A stretch of 63,876 nt of DNA, filler included. It is 6 parts of 6 records of this genome, joined end to end, with 100 filler letters (N's around TTAATTAATTAA, not from the genome) between each part and the next. Parts side by side here need not be neighbours in the genome. Positions count along the whole stretch, not along the records: positions 5,222 to 12,860 come from DRR723986_25404; positions 12,961 to 25,027 come from DRR723986_25414; 4 more parts are not named here. One strand, written 5' to 3'. Numbering within the stretch: position 1 is the stretch's first letter; every line of letters begins with the position of its first letter. The notes below the pieces were generated by a model, which was not told the DNA's origin, ran no database searches, and was given only the letters and a program-made list of their open reading frames with translations. The position numbers and the translations under genes are program-made. Below, one piece after another: positions 12,101 through 19,407 of this stretch.

Positions 12101-12860
12101 CGAGTGCCGCAACAGAAACCGTTCGGTCTGTTTGACTTGTAACTGCATCCCAGCTGACCGTTAGAGTTGTTCCATTATCCGGACCAAGAATTGTTGCTCC
12201 CGGAACGGTCCAGCTGTACTCAGTTGCACCGCTGTTATGTAGATCGCTAACCAGCAATATGGATGTAGAGTCACCACAAACCGCCGTTGGGATGTTCAGT
12301 TGCAGCAATGGGTTAGGATACACAGTCACGGCTGTTGATGCGGTGTTAAGGCAGCCATTGGCACTTAACCCCTGCACAAACAGAACGGCCGTAGTTGCCG
12401 TTGAGACATCGTCCCAGATGACATTAACCGCTGAAGCATTGTTGGCTCCGTTAATCACACCACCGTCAATCGTCCACAGTATGTCAAGTGTTCCAGCATT
12501 GTTAAGATCGCTGACAGTATAAGTCTCACTCGAATCCGCGCAGACATCCAACGCACCCGCTATGCTAAGCAATGGGTTGGGACGCACTGTAACGTCATAG
12601 TTTTCCTGTGCAGCGCAGTCATTATCACCGACGACTGTCAAGGATACTTGACGCACTGTGTTAACACTTACGCTGTTCCACGTTACCGTCACAGTTGCTG
12701 CAGTTGCCGAGCCCTGGATACTGCCGCCCTCAACTTCCCAAAGAATTGAAGCAAGGCCACTTTGGTTTGCATCGAGATAGGAGTACACAGCTGTTGAGTC
12801 GCCGCACAGCTCGTTCGGACCATTAATTGTCAAGTCCGGATTCGCAAAGACCGTCACAGT
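6153..12860 (-). CDS. Giant surface/adhesin-like protein with PKD/Ig-like repeats and a T9SS-type C-terminal sorting domain, 5'-partial
   Basis: At least 2234 aa, open at the contig edge. 18 repeats, then two ADAG.D..IC and two LDAG...YLWSNGATTRTIEV units, an ASH/HYDIN-like domain (VDFG...LTLQNNS), a cohesin-like domain and the tail SPIPAND...FSSGNYYLVL...KLILIIH. Confidence 0.88.
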   Translation of the reverse strand, partial: TVTVFANPDLTINGPNELCGDSTAVYSYLDANQSGLASILWEVEGGSIQGSATAATVTVTWNSVSVNTVRQVSLTVVGDNDCAAQENYDVTVRPNPLLSIAGALDVCADSSETYTVSDLNNAGTLDILWTIDGGVINGANNASAVNVIWDDVSTATTAVLFVQGLSANGCLNTASTAVTVYPNPLLQLNIPTAVCGDSTSILLVSDLHNSGATEYSWTVPGATILGPDNGTTLTVSWDAVTSQTDRTVSVAALGNNNCGSQTSAVIQVFPNPDIQVTGLTEVCSDSLTTYTALDQNGNPLNSFEWEVDGGTFVGATNANSVQVHWDRVNTQTPVELRLTAAGDNACAVDVALPISVFPNPNLRVTGANIVCADSLLSYSVSDINNTGISSFAWTINGGVIEGASDGASVDIRWNTESAAQMRTITVSGAGANACAASTSISLQVLPNPDLTITGANDVCADSVYVYTFTDNNSINGLALEWSVAGGQIVGSSTDATLEVRWDGVIVPTTRRIDLEAINAGLCANAAFLDVNVEPNPDLMISGVTQACPDSLFVYTVSDANNTVNTNFSWSLSGGVIEAGQGSDQVSVRWTSANQITTQSISVAATASSGCSNSTSLDVEVFLNPLLGLRGPAEVCANSSSVYSVSDSRNAGIVDFEWEVAGGVIVGPKSGTTITVQWNTVTQAEDFTLRVSGAGPNACANVTTTTITVFANPNLSLSGAFAVCADSSETYQISDAHDSGTLNVLWTVTGGTIVGPDNGETVTIRWDNLQTSSSAQILVSASGDNACTSQLTTTLTIFANPRLTISGSSSACALASESYTAADLNLTGVTVWSWTVAGGSINGPSDANSIDVDWDDVNTPTQRLITVTAIGNNDCAATTTFSLTIYPNPLLTLSGPADICSDSTEVYTVSDANNVGVQTWNWQVAGGDIIGNTSGASISVRWQTVSVTTQRLISVDGASIINAGANSCAAATSLTVTVQPNPALSINGDDSMCVGSTAQYTVSDANNLGISTWNWTVEGGVINGANDGAQIEIEWLAVSSTTTRSISVAGASSAGCLSTTSFTVEVFPNPLLLIDGRSGVCGDSVHAYSVTNNSAAVITQYVWEVDGGILLTSTIATIAQVQWDAVNTQTQREVRVRGVGQNSCQTSTSFSVTVYPNPVLQISGIATVCATSQTTYLVSDANGNSLEAISWSVTGGQLVGNADLPNATILWDDVNNSSAATLTVAVFGQNDCLAETSTSIQVIPNPELSISGTTAVCGAAQSTFSAADANNTGITQFNWSVVGGQIVGVTNAQSVTVLWDDVTAQLSGHVSLNATGFNSCTSATALNLTVFARPNLQISGDLTVCDTTLTFLFVQDAHNSGADEFTWTIEGGTIVGAENGSQVEILWDAVAATQSRNVLVEALGNNGCDASAEAVVSVFPHPALTLTGDLDVCGDSLSTYQLLDQNQTSITYSWNVEGGTITTPGPQDQVEVNWAPVNSPTQRTISVLTTGFNDCQSSTSLTVTIYPNPGPTIIGTNEVCAGDEVLQYTSIELSGATYLWEVTGGEIVGVNDANTVQVRWANAGAGTLSITVAADNACTGTTQFAVNVLPVPVADAGSDSAICFGENLTLGGAPTGQGGTGNLSYLWQPAAELDDPTAANPLATPTSTTVFRVLVTDESGCTSASLVTVTVNENPIADAGDDRSICFGSDTELGGDFVASGGKGPYTFTWELTDGTFVSNDERPLLSPSETTTYRLRISDVNTCVSADEVTVTVFTRNIPEITVTGNNPACDGEVLTLDAGAGFSNYLWSNGATTRTIEVTASEVFTVTTTDINGCSETSAELAIVVNPRPEPLIVLTGRADICAGETLLLDAGDVYAEYLWSNGATTRTIEVSEPGSYSVTVTSAEGCDGVSNTIDVQRRETILEVDALVDFGVRELGFEHAIELTLQNNSTESIVFNSAALDGISPEFSIAPNLPDPLIIDAGQSAILTLVFNGLVEGEFNDSLRLNISDPCPREFVIPVDGEAVFPLVLSLPQLELEDKFVDVEVPVTMRLAPLFDAGEDIVVEFEFRADFRAFDPTAVTVGEITNDRFDGEDRVITVRVAAVNIPLGEDFVLTSVVGDFLFGGPDSTITRLTNVTLDLPVEIQQFELIDGLIKVKENQGFVGVQDLALEASPIPANDLLDVVATAADFGSYTLQLIGMHGRTEYLIEFEHELGTELSEYEFQIPLTQFSSGNYYLVLRGPNAVEAKLILIIH
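8097..12845 (-). repeat. 18 tandem ~88-aa repeats
   Basis: Consensus PNPxLxIxGxxxVCxxSxxxYxVSDxNNxGxxxxxWxVxGGxIxG...VxW...NxC...VxV, counted directly in the translation. Confidence 0.92.
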
Positions 12861-12960
12861 NNNNNNNNNNNNNNNNNNNNNNNNNNNNNNNNNNNNNNNN
12901 NNNNTTAATTAATTAANNNNNNNNNNNNNNNNNNNNNNNNNNNNNNNNNNNNNNNNNNNN
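12861..12960. other. Synthetic contig spacer
   Basis: Same 100-bp N/TTAATTAATTAA/N block. Confidence 0.99.
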
Positions 12961-13098
12961 GGTCGTTACCTTCCCGGCCAGGACGATCTTGATCCATTCC
13001 GACGCGGCGGCATTGTCGGCGTCGGCGCTGGTCGTAGCGATTTCCGTTACCACGGTGCCTTGGGCAATGTCAGAATGAGAGGCGTTCTGCTTTGTCAT
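12961..13098 (-). CDS. Mu-like prophage protease/scaffold (gpI) N-terminus, cut by the contig edge, possibly decaying
   Basis: MTKQ...EIATTSADA...SEWIKIVLAGKVTT matches the PEWIxxxPAG...RDGR start of Mu-type I proteins and aligns with the longer copy at 20164. Confidence 0.7.
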
Positions 13099-13110
13099 AG
13101 CACCAAGCTA

Positions 13111-13128
13111 GGCTGACACCTGTCAGCC
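13111..13128. promoter_or_regulatory. Palindrome GGCTGACA-CC-TGTCAGCC upstream of the phage protease start
   Basis: Perfect 8-bp arms. A degenerate counterpart CTAACA-GA-TGTCAG lies at 20113-20126 upstream of the second protease copy. Confidence 0.55.
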
Positions 13129-13308
13129 GCCGTGCTCAGATCAATTTGGTGAATAACTGGACGGTATTAGACCAGATTTGAAAGCCCACCCGCCCGGGCA
13201 GAGTCAAATTTAAGCGGGCACTAAACAGGCGAGAGCGTCCTCGCGCCTTTTCGTAGTGGTTAAGCGCGCGAACCCTCTCGGCGGCTTTGTGAGGCGATTT
13301 TCTCGGAA

Positions 13309-13782
13309 CTAAAATCTCTTGCCTCCACTGGAGATGGAGAATTTGTGTAACACCCGACCACAAATGAAGAAGTGATGCTGATATTGTTTGAAGTCGGCTT
13401 CCCGACCGAACTGCGGAGCACCCGGCTTGCTCAGTTGGATTGCGTGTTCTGCGAGGTACGTCGCGGCAAGTGTGCAAGAAGAATATCGATCCATCTCGCT
13501 TCCGACGTCAGAATGAGTACCTGCAATCGCCGCAAGGTCGCGAACGCGGCGCTCCTGATATTGGATTGCGGCACCAAGTAGCGTTGAACCGGACTGCAAT
13601 AACCGGTTGCTGTCTTCTTCGGTGACCTGGCCATTCTTGATTTTCAAGCCGTACTGAGAGACGAACTCGATGTGCTCAAAAAGACCGTCGGCCTCTTCGC
13701 GTGCCTCGTTCTTGGTAACGACACCAGATGCGTGGGCGGCAAACGCACAAAATATGAAAGCGGACGATAGAAAAAATCTCAT
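13309..13782 (-). CDS. Hypothetical secreted protein (157 aa)
   Basis: GAGG RBS-like site, ATG start, Sec signal peptide ending AHA, mostly helical mature part with two Cys. No family recognised. Confidence 0.7.
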   Translation of the reverse strand: MRFFLSSAFIFCAFAAHASGVVTKNEAREEADGLFEHIEFVSQYGLKIKNGQVTEEDSNRLLQSGSTLLGAAIQYQERRVRDLAAIAGTHSDVGSEMDRYSSCTLAATYLAEHAIQLSKPGAPQFGREADFKQYQHHFFICGRVLHKFSISSGGKRF

Positions 13783-13869
13783 ACGGATTACCTTGAGGTA
13801 CCCAAAAGGGCAAATTCCAACCGTGGTGGCGCGAAGCCGATGGTGCCGGCCGAATGTGGCCGCGAGGGG

Positions 13870-14448
13870 TCACGTCCTCCCGCTACCTTCCTCCCATTTA
13901 GCCGAATTCTTCTTCGCTCTATCCCAAATTTGGGGCGGAATTTCATAGTGCGCTTTTCCGTCCAAAGCGCCTGTATGTCTTATGAAACCTCTCTTCAGTA
14001 ACGCTTCCAACGTTCTCTTGTTTTCTCGATTTTCCTGGGGTGCATAGGTGCCAATAGACCGGGTGCGCGTTGAAAGTTCAACGCGCTGGAAGGCGTCGTT
14101 CATCAGGAAGTCTCTTCGGTTTTCCAACACAAGATTTCGTAAAAAACGTTGTTCTTCAGGATACATTTCGCGAAAGCCGGCGTCGATGGTGGCATTGCGA
14201 GCCAGCTTGTTAACGAACGAACCGATCTTTCCGACCATCTCTCGCAAGAACCCAACAGCAGATACAGTAGTACTAATCGCTGCCGCAAAGTACAAACCCA
14301 AAGCGACCCAATCCGGCGTGTAAACAAACTCAGAAGGCCATGCGACCAATCCAAAATAAATGAGCGCCCAAATTGCTGCAGCAACCGCAGCAATCGTGGA
14401 TCAATGCAAGGAAAGGTACTTTAACCAACCGGGTTCAAGCTTAAACAT
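13870..14448 (-). pseudogene. Superinfection-exclusion protein B (SieB)-like membrane protein with a nonsense codon
   Basis: ATG at 14448 reads MFKLEPGWLKYLSLH*STIAAVAAAIWALIYFGLVAW..., in frame with the 13870-14349 ORF; single TGA at 14401-14403. Two TM segments followed by EEQRFL...LEALLKRGFI...YEIPPQIW, the layout of SieB-family proteins. Confidence 0.55.
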
Positions 14449-14699
14449 TGTGTCTCGTCCTGCTAATTCAGTCGATATGTTTCATCGCTATAGCGTTGGT
14501 TTCAACTTCTGATCAGTCTCGCCACACCCATTTCAATGATCGGCGCTCATCAACCTGATCGATTGTGTGCAGTTGCAGGAAGCCAACCACACTGTTGCTG
14601 GAAAATATGCACGTCACCTCCTTGCGACCTCCTGAATTGGACGTGCAGTAGGTAGCGGAATGGGCAATTTCATCGCCGGCGCACAAGACAGATGGCATT

Positions 14700-15461
14700 T
14701 CATGAGACCACCCCTGACGTTCTAAAGCGCCTAAGCCAATCTCTTGGCTCCCGGGTTGGCCGATATTCCGCACCCACAAAACCCGAGTAAGATATCCGCT
14801 GAAGCAACCAATGCATGTCGACTTCCCCTCGGTCTGGTTCCGTGCGATCGGGAACCGCGGCGATTTGAACATGTCCCACCGTGTCGCCAAGTCCCTCCAA
14901 AGTACGGACATGATCACCCTGCATGATCTGCATGTGATAAACATCATATAGGATCCGTAGGTTGGACCGGCCGGCGGCGGCTATGACCCGTCTGGCATGG
15001 TCCGTTCCAGTCAGAAAATACCCCGGGACGTCTCGAAGGTTCAGTGGCTCAATCAAGATGCCTATCCCGTGAACAGCAGCGCGGTCGCAGGCGTATTGGA
15101 GGTTCTCCACAAACGCCGCTTCAGCAGCAGGGCCTTCCACCCGGCCTGCCATCACGTGAACCGTGGTTAGTCCTGACGCTGCCGCATAATCGACTGCCTC
15201 CATGATCGCCGCCTGAGCCTCATTTTCCCGGCCAGGAAGCGCGGCAAGACCAAACTCCCCGGCTTCAAGGTTGCCTCGGCGCGTGTTGAGCGAAAGGCCA
15301 GAAACTCCGGCAGCCGCCATTGCGTTGCGTAATTCCTGAGGTGTGACGTCATAAGGCCAGTGAAACTCCACCGCCTCAAACCCGTCCTCCCCCGCGGTTG
15401 CGATCCGCTCCGATATGGAAAGGTGCGTGTAGAGAAACCCCAGATTAGCCGAAACCTTCAT
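14700..15461 (-). CDS. Hydroxypyruvate isomerase family (Hyi/OtnI-like) TIM-barrel protein
   Basis: SANLGFLY, GFEAVEF, HVMAG, LIEPLN.RDVPGYFL, YDVYHMQI, HVQIA.VPDRTEPD.GE and VGAEYRP motifs. Confidence 0.92.
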   Translation of the reverse strand: MKVSANLGFLYTHLSISERIATAGEDGFEAVEFHWPYDVTPQELRNAMAAAGVSGLSLNTRRGNLEAGEFGLAALPGRENEAQAAIMEAVDYAAASGLTTVHVMAGRVEGPAAEAAFVENLQYACDRAAVHGIGILIEPLNLRDVPGYFLTGTDHARRVIAAAGRSNLRILYDVYHMQIMQGDHVRTLEGLGDTVGHVQIAAVPDRTEPDRGEVDMHWLLQRISYSGFVGAEYRPTREPRDWLRRFRTSGVVS

Positions 15462-15605
15462 GATTGGTCGTCCCACTCAGTGTCGAAATGGCCATGAACC
15501 AAGCGCCCTGGCACGCAACTTAGAGATTGGCGTGTCCCAGGACTTGGTTTCCTGAGATGACCGAGGCTGCATCGTTGAACGGAGGACGCCATGATTTTTG
15601 CCAAC

Positions 15606-16862
15606 CTATACCAACCCGTGCAGCGATTTATGGAGATGAAGTTTCCCCTCCCCTGCCCGATCGATCATGGCACGGAAGTAACCGCCAGGGGATACGATCT
15701 GCTCCGGATCCCGCAGAGCTTTTTCGGCGACCACCACAAGGCAAGCAGCGGCCAAATACTTGCCCTGCCGTTCAACAGCCAACTGATATCCTGAGGGACT
15801 GAGGCCGATCAGCAAGCGCAAATGTTCCGCCGCGCCACAAAGGGCCGGCCAACTGTTCAAGCTGAGGCCTGTTTCCGCCTGCACCGCTGAACATGCGGAC
15901 TGAATAAGCCCAATAGAAACGCCATCCAGGTTTGTTTCCGGAAGTTTGCTCAGTCCCCCCCTCCCCGCTTGCTGTTTCGGTTGTTGAGATTTGATGCCCG
16001 CGCTGCAAGGCTCTTTTTCTAGAGCCATTTCAACGGCGGAGCCGTTGTTATTCTTTAGGCTGGTTTCTTGCTCGTTAGAGCAAGTCCGATTGTTATTACT
16101 TCTTAGAGAGTCGGTTTGGGTTGTAATAGATAAAGGGCTGACACCAATGTCACCCGTGGATGACATTTTTTCCTTTATTTCCAACGACTGGACATCCTGG
16201 GAAGCCAACGTTTCCTGATAAAGTGATTCCAGAACCACTGCCTTTTCCAAAATTGTCAGTTCATTCCGGTTCACAATCGCATGTGCCTGCGTGGCAAGAC
16301 TCTCAAATTCGGCTGGATCTAGATCCGCCAAGTCAGCAATCGCACGCGAATACCTTGTAACGGCCCTTTTGGCGTCCTGTTCAGCCTTAATGCGTCTCTG
16401 AAAAGCGTCCGCCTGGTCTCTGAAGGCTTCCAGGTTGAAACAGGCAGGAGTAAAATCCAATCCATATGCCTGTGCGAACTCATCCTCTGAACCACGGTAG
16501 ACAAAACGTCGTCCAGTCGGGCTATCCCGATATGCCAGTACACCAGCTTCCACGAGCTTCTTCAGACAACGCGTGACGGTGCGGGTGGTGCGCCGCGTAT
16601 ATTCTGCCAGGCGTTGATTGGAAATCGCGACGACCGGCCGCTTTCCTGACTGAAAGTCATCAGCCTGGACGAGGCCCAGAAGAATATCCAGAACGTGGTA
16701 AGCCGTGCCATCTATACCGATTGCCGGCGCGACACGTTTCAAAACCAGAGAGATTTCTTTTTTGGTGACTTTAGGCCGATCCTCTTGAGACGCCAGATGC
16801 GCGCTCGCAAGAATTCCTGGCGTCACTCTTCTGAAAGAAGAGACGTTCGAAACAGTAGGCAT
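15606..16862 (-). CDS. repC: Plasmid replication initiator RepC
   Basis: GGAGG RBS before the ATG at 16862. SNQRLA HTH, L..LVEAGVL.YRDSPTGRRF, AYGLDF and I.SPGGYFRAM..RA..G.L.L.KSL motifs; third gene of a repABC unit. Confidence 0.95.
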   Translation of the reverse strand: MPTVSNVSSFRRVTPGILASAHLASQEDRPKVTKKEISLVLKRVAPAIGIDGTAYHVLDILLGLVQADDFQSGKRPVVAISNQRLAEYTRRTTRTVTRCLKKLVEAGVLAYRDSPTGRRFVYRGSEDEFAQAYGLDFTPACFNLEAFRDQADAFQRRIKAEQDAKRAVTRYSRAIADLADLDPAEFESLATQAHAIVNRNELTILEKAVVLESLYQETLASQDVQSLEIKEKMSSTGDIGVSPLSITTQTDSLRSNNNRTCSNEQETSLKNNNGSAVEMALEKEPCSAGIKSQQPKQQAGRGGLSKLPETNLDGVSIGLIQSACSAVQAETGLSLNSWPALCGAAEHLRLLIGLSPSGYQLAVERQGKYLAAACLVVVAEKALRDPEQIVSPGGYFRAMIDRAGEGKLHLHKSLHGLV

Positions 16863-16966
16863 AACAACCTCCGTTCGCCGGCACAATTTTGCATCCGGCG
16901 TCTATCAATTTGGGAGGTTCAGTTTTGGAAAATCGGCAGAAATCCACCGTTCACGCGAGAAGCCTC

Positions 16967-16995
16967 TTGCGTGGTGATTCGGGATGCACTACAAC
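16967..16995 (+). promoter_or_regulatory. ctRNA promoter overlapping an S-element-like hairpin
   Basis: TTGCGT-17 nt-TACAAC with an internal GATTC (GANTC) site; overlaps the hairpin CACGCGAGA-AGCC-TCTTGCGTG (16952-16973). Confidence 0.65.
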
Positions 16996-17082
16996 GGAAT
17001 TGCTTAGGGTTTCCGTTGGGACTTTCCCATCTGAACCATGGAATTTGGGGCTATCTGGTTGCAGCCAGATGGTCCCTTTTCA
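16996..17082 (+). ncRNA. repABC counter-transcribed antisense RNA (ctRNA); ends approximate
   Basis: Antisense in the repB-repC gap, downstream of the promoter above; ends in the hairpin GGGGCTATCTGG-TTGCAG-CCAGATGGTCCC followed by TTTT (17047-17080). Confidence 0.75.
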
Positions 17083-17145
17083 TTTTGTCTCTACTCTCTC
17101 GCGTTCTCCTTTCTCTGAAAGCCAGGCCACCCATAAGCCCGGAAA

Positions 17146-18132
17146 CTAATTCTGATCACCGTCTTGACGAAGGAAATCAGCATGCAGTTCCGGGAGTCTC
17201 TCATTGAGCCATCTTGCAAAACGAGTTTCAGCTTTTGGAAACGTCAACGACGATGAAGAAGTCGTTTCTTTGAACTTACCCAGGACTTTTCCAGCCGAAC
17301 GGATCTCGATTTGGGCTGATTTTGTCGTATCTGACTTTTGTCTTCCCCTTGCAGCTCGAGTAGCAAGCTTCATGCGCTCCGCGCCATCCCCTTCCAGGAA
17401 GGAACGATCCTCAACAATCTTACGGATGCGATCAGCTACATTTTGATCATCGAACAGCTTTGAAAACTCGACCCATGCCGGTCGCCCTACCCCCTTGGCT
17501 CGGCCTATGGCATGCACAATATCGTCAGGAATTGCATTGGCGACCTTAAGAAGGACCGAAATATTCGTTTCCTTTTGGCCGAGAATCGGTTCCATCTCGC
17601 GCTGCTTGATGCCGGCGTTCTTCAGCTGCACGGCCCAGAGTGCCTGCTCAATCCAGCTCAAATTCTCGCGAACACCGTTTTCCAGAGACTGCTCCCTGAT
17701 CAATTCGGCATCGGTAAGTTCGCGGACATAGGCGCGAACTCGGACAGTTTCCGGTTTGTCTGTTTCTCTGTGCAGTTCCTGTAGAACAGCAGTCCTGCGA
17801 TGACCATACGCCAGCTGATAGCGGCCTTCTTCGCTAGGATGTGGACGGACAAGAACGGGCAGTTTCTGCCCTTCCCTCTCAATAGATACTTTCAGCTCCT
17901 GCAATGCATCAGCTGCTGCCGCATCTTTTTCAAACCGATCGCTGAATGGGGACGGATCTATCTTGTCAGGATTTAGCGAGAGTACAGTGTCCCCCGACAG
18001 GCTCGTCAGCGCCTTGCCGACGTTGCCAACCACTGGGGATCCCATACGGCGATGGCGAGGCGACTTTGGCACCACGTCGGCCACGTCTTTCCCCTCACCT
18101 TCAGCCATCTGTTGGAGAATCGATTTCTTCAT
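17146..18132 (-). CDS. repB: Plasmid partitioning protein RepB (ParB family)
   Basis: ATGA overlap with the repA stop. IDPSPFSDR, SIEREGQKLPVLVRPHP...YQLAYGHRR, ENGVRENLSWIEQA and AIGRAKGVGRPAW motifs. Confidence 0.95.
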   Translation of the reverse strand: MKKSILQQMAEGEGKDVADVVPKSPRHRRMGSPVVGNVGKALTSLSGDTVLSLNPDKIDPSPFSDRFEKDAAAADALQELKVSIEREGQKLPVLVRPHPSEEGRYQLAYGHRRTAVLQELHRETDKPETVRVRAYVRELTDAELIREQSLENGVRENLSWIEQALWAVQLKNAGIKQREMEPILGQKETNISVLLKVANAIPDDIVHAIGRAKGVGRPAWVEFSKLFDDQNVADRIRKIVEDRSFLEGDGAERMKLATRAARGRQKSDTTKSAQIEIRSAGKVLGKFKETTSSSSLTFPKAETRFARWLNERLPELHADFLRQDGDQN

Positions 18133-19355
18133 GCCTCTCGTCCCCAAACTCGTTTGATGATGTCGAGAATTTCCTCATTGACCCGATCGGAGCTTTCGCG
18201 GGCCCGCTTGTAGGCGTCCCTGCCCACTTCTCCAGTCTCCAACTCGTACAGCGACTTCTTTGCTACACCACCTGCAGCGATTGCAGTGGATTCCCAAGCT
18301 TCGGCAACCAGTACATCTTCTGCGAACAGACGTCGGATTATCCCACTCATGTATTTTTGCGGTCCGTCGTTCGGGTTCACCCTGGTAAGCAGGAACCGGA
18401 TCCATTCGTGATCAAACTTTGCCCCGAAAGCCTCCAACGTTTCAGCCAGCTCGGAAATCATGATCAGGAACTGATTGCATGACGCCACATCAAGCATCGC
18501 CGGATGCACAGTGATAACGAGCGCTGTCGCCGCATAGAGAGCTGCAAGTGTCGAGTATCCCAGCGATGGAGGCGTATCCAAAACGACTACGTCATAATTA
18601 CTCTCGACAGAGGCAATCGCGTTACGCAGTCGTTCGAAGAATAGTCCGAGCTCATCCCTGTGGTTGTTCGCTAGATAGGAAGGTGTATCAAATTCGAAAT
18701 CCATCAATTCCAAATTTCCAGGAACGATGTGAATTCCCGGGAAGTAGGTCGCTTGGATAATTTCTGCGAACGCCTTGCGGTCGTCGTCATACCGAAGGGC
18801 CGCATAAGCGGTCTCGTTCGAGTCGAGGTCGAATTCGGGCTGTATCCCAAATGTCGAGGTCATAGAAGCCTGTGGATCGAGATCGATGCACAGTACGCGG
18901 TATCCTTGGATGGCCAGATAATGCGCCAGATGAACCGAGGTCGTCGTCTTACTGGATCCGCCCTTAAAATTCGCTGTCGCAATAACTTGAAGGCGCTCGC
19001 CTACCCGGCGGTGCGGCAGAAGGCGTAATGCGTCTTCGGGCCGCTGTTCCGCTAGATAGTTCCGGAGTTCCCAGACTTGTTCAATGCTGTAAATACGCTT
19101 GTTGTTATCAGTCCTGGTTGGCTGCGGCCCCTTGCCTTCTAGAGTTAAAGACCGAAGAGTACTTTCCGGAATCCCCAGCAGCTTCACCAGATCCAGGGTC
19201 GAAAAAGTACGCCCGAAGACTTTTTGCGACTCTGGTGGATACATCCGCGCACGCATGGAATTCAACTCTGCAGAGAGTTGGCGCGTATAATCCTCAATCT
19301 TCTTTGCCGTATCCGGCTTGAGAAGAATGTGTGCTGGATTGTCGCTTACTGCCAT
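18129..19355 (-). CDS. repA: Plasmid partitioning ATPase RepA (ParA family)
   Basis: N-terminal HTH, NFKGGSSKTTT deviant Walker A, IDLDPQAS, VVLDTPPSLG and HPAMLDVAS motifs. Confidence 0.96.
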   Translation of the reverse strand: MAVSDNPAHILLKPDTAKKIEDYTRQLSAELNSMRARMYPPESQKVFGRTFSTLDLVKLLGIPESTLRSLTLEGKGPQPTRTDNNKRIYSIEQVWELRNYLAEQRPEDALRLLPHRRVGERLQVIATANFKGGSSKTTTSVHLAHYLAIQGYRVLCIDLDPQASMTSTFGIQPEFDLDSNETAYAALRYDDDRKAFAEIIQATYFPGIHIVPGNLELMDFEFDTPSYLANNHRDELGLFFERLRNAIASVESNYDVVVLDTPPSLGYSTLAALYAATALVITVHPAMLDVASCNQFLIMISELAETLEAFGAKFDHEWIRFLLTRVNPNDGPQKYMSGIIRRLFAEDVLVAEAWESTAIAAGGVAKKSLYELETGEVGRDAYKRARESSDRVNEEILDIIKRVWGREA

Positions 19356-19361
19356 TCGGCT

Positions 19362-19407
19362 CTCCTGACGGCAAACACCTTGTTGGTGACCTATTTGCCG
19401 TCAGGAG
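19362..19407. promoter_or_regulatory. 14-bp inverted repeat over the repA leader (operator / RBS-occluding hairpin)
   Basis: CTCCTGACGGCAAA (19362-19375) and TTTGCCGTCAGGAG (19394-19407); the gene-proximal arm contains the AGGAG RBS on the minus strand. Confidence 0.75.

Noticed and set aside
6517-12522. Many plus-strand ORFs opposite the giant repeat gene
   Set aside because: Shadows of the repeat protein, with no independent coding signal.
8097-12845. Possible CRISPR-like or diversity-generating repeat array
   Set aside because: The periodicity is a 264-nt coding repeat that is divergent at DNA level. No repeat-spacer array, cas gene or reverse transcriptase was seen in the window.
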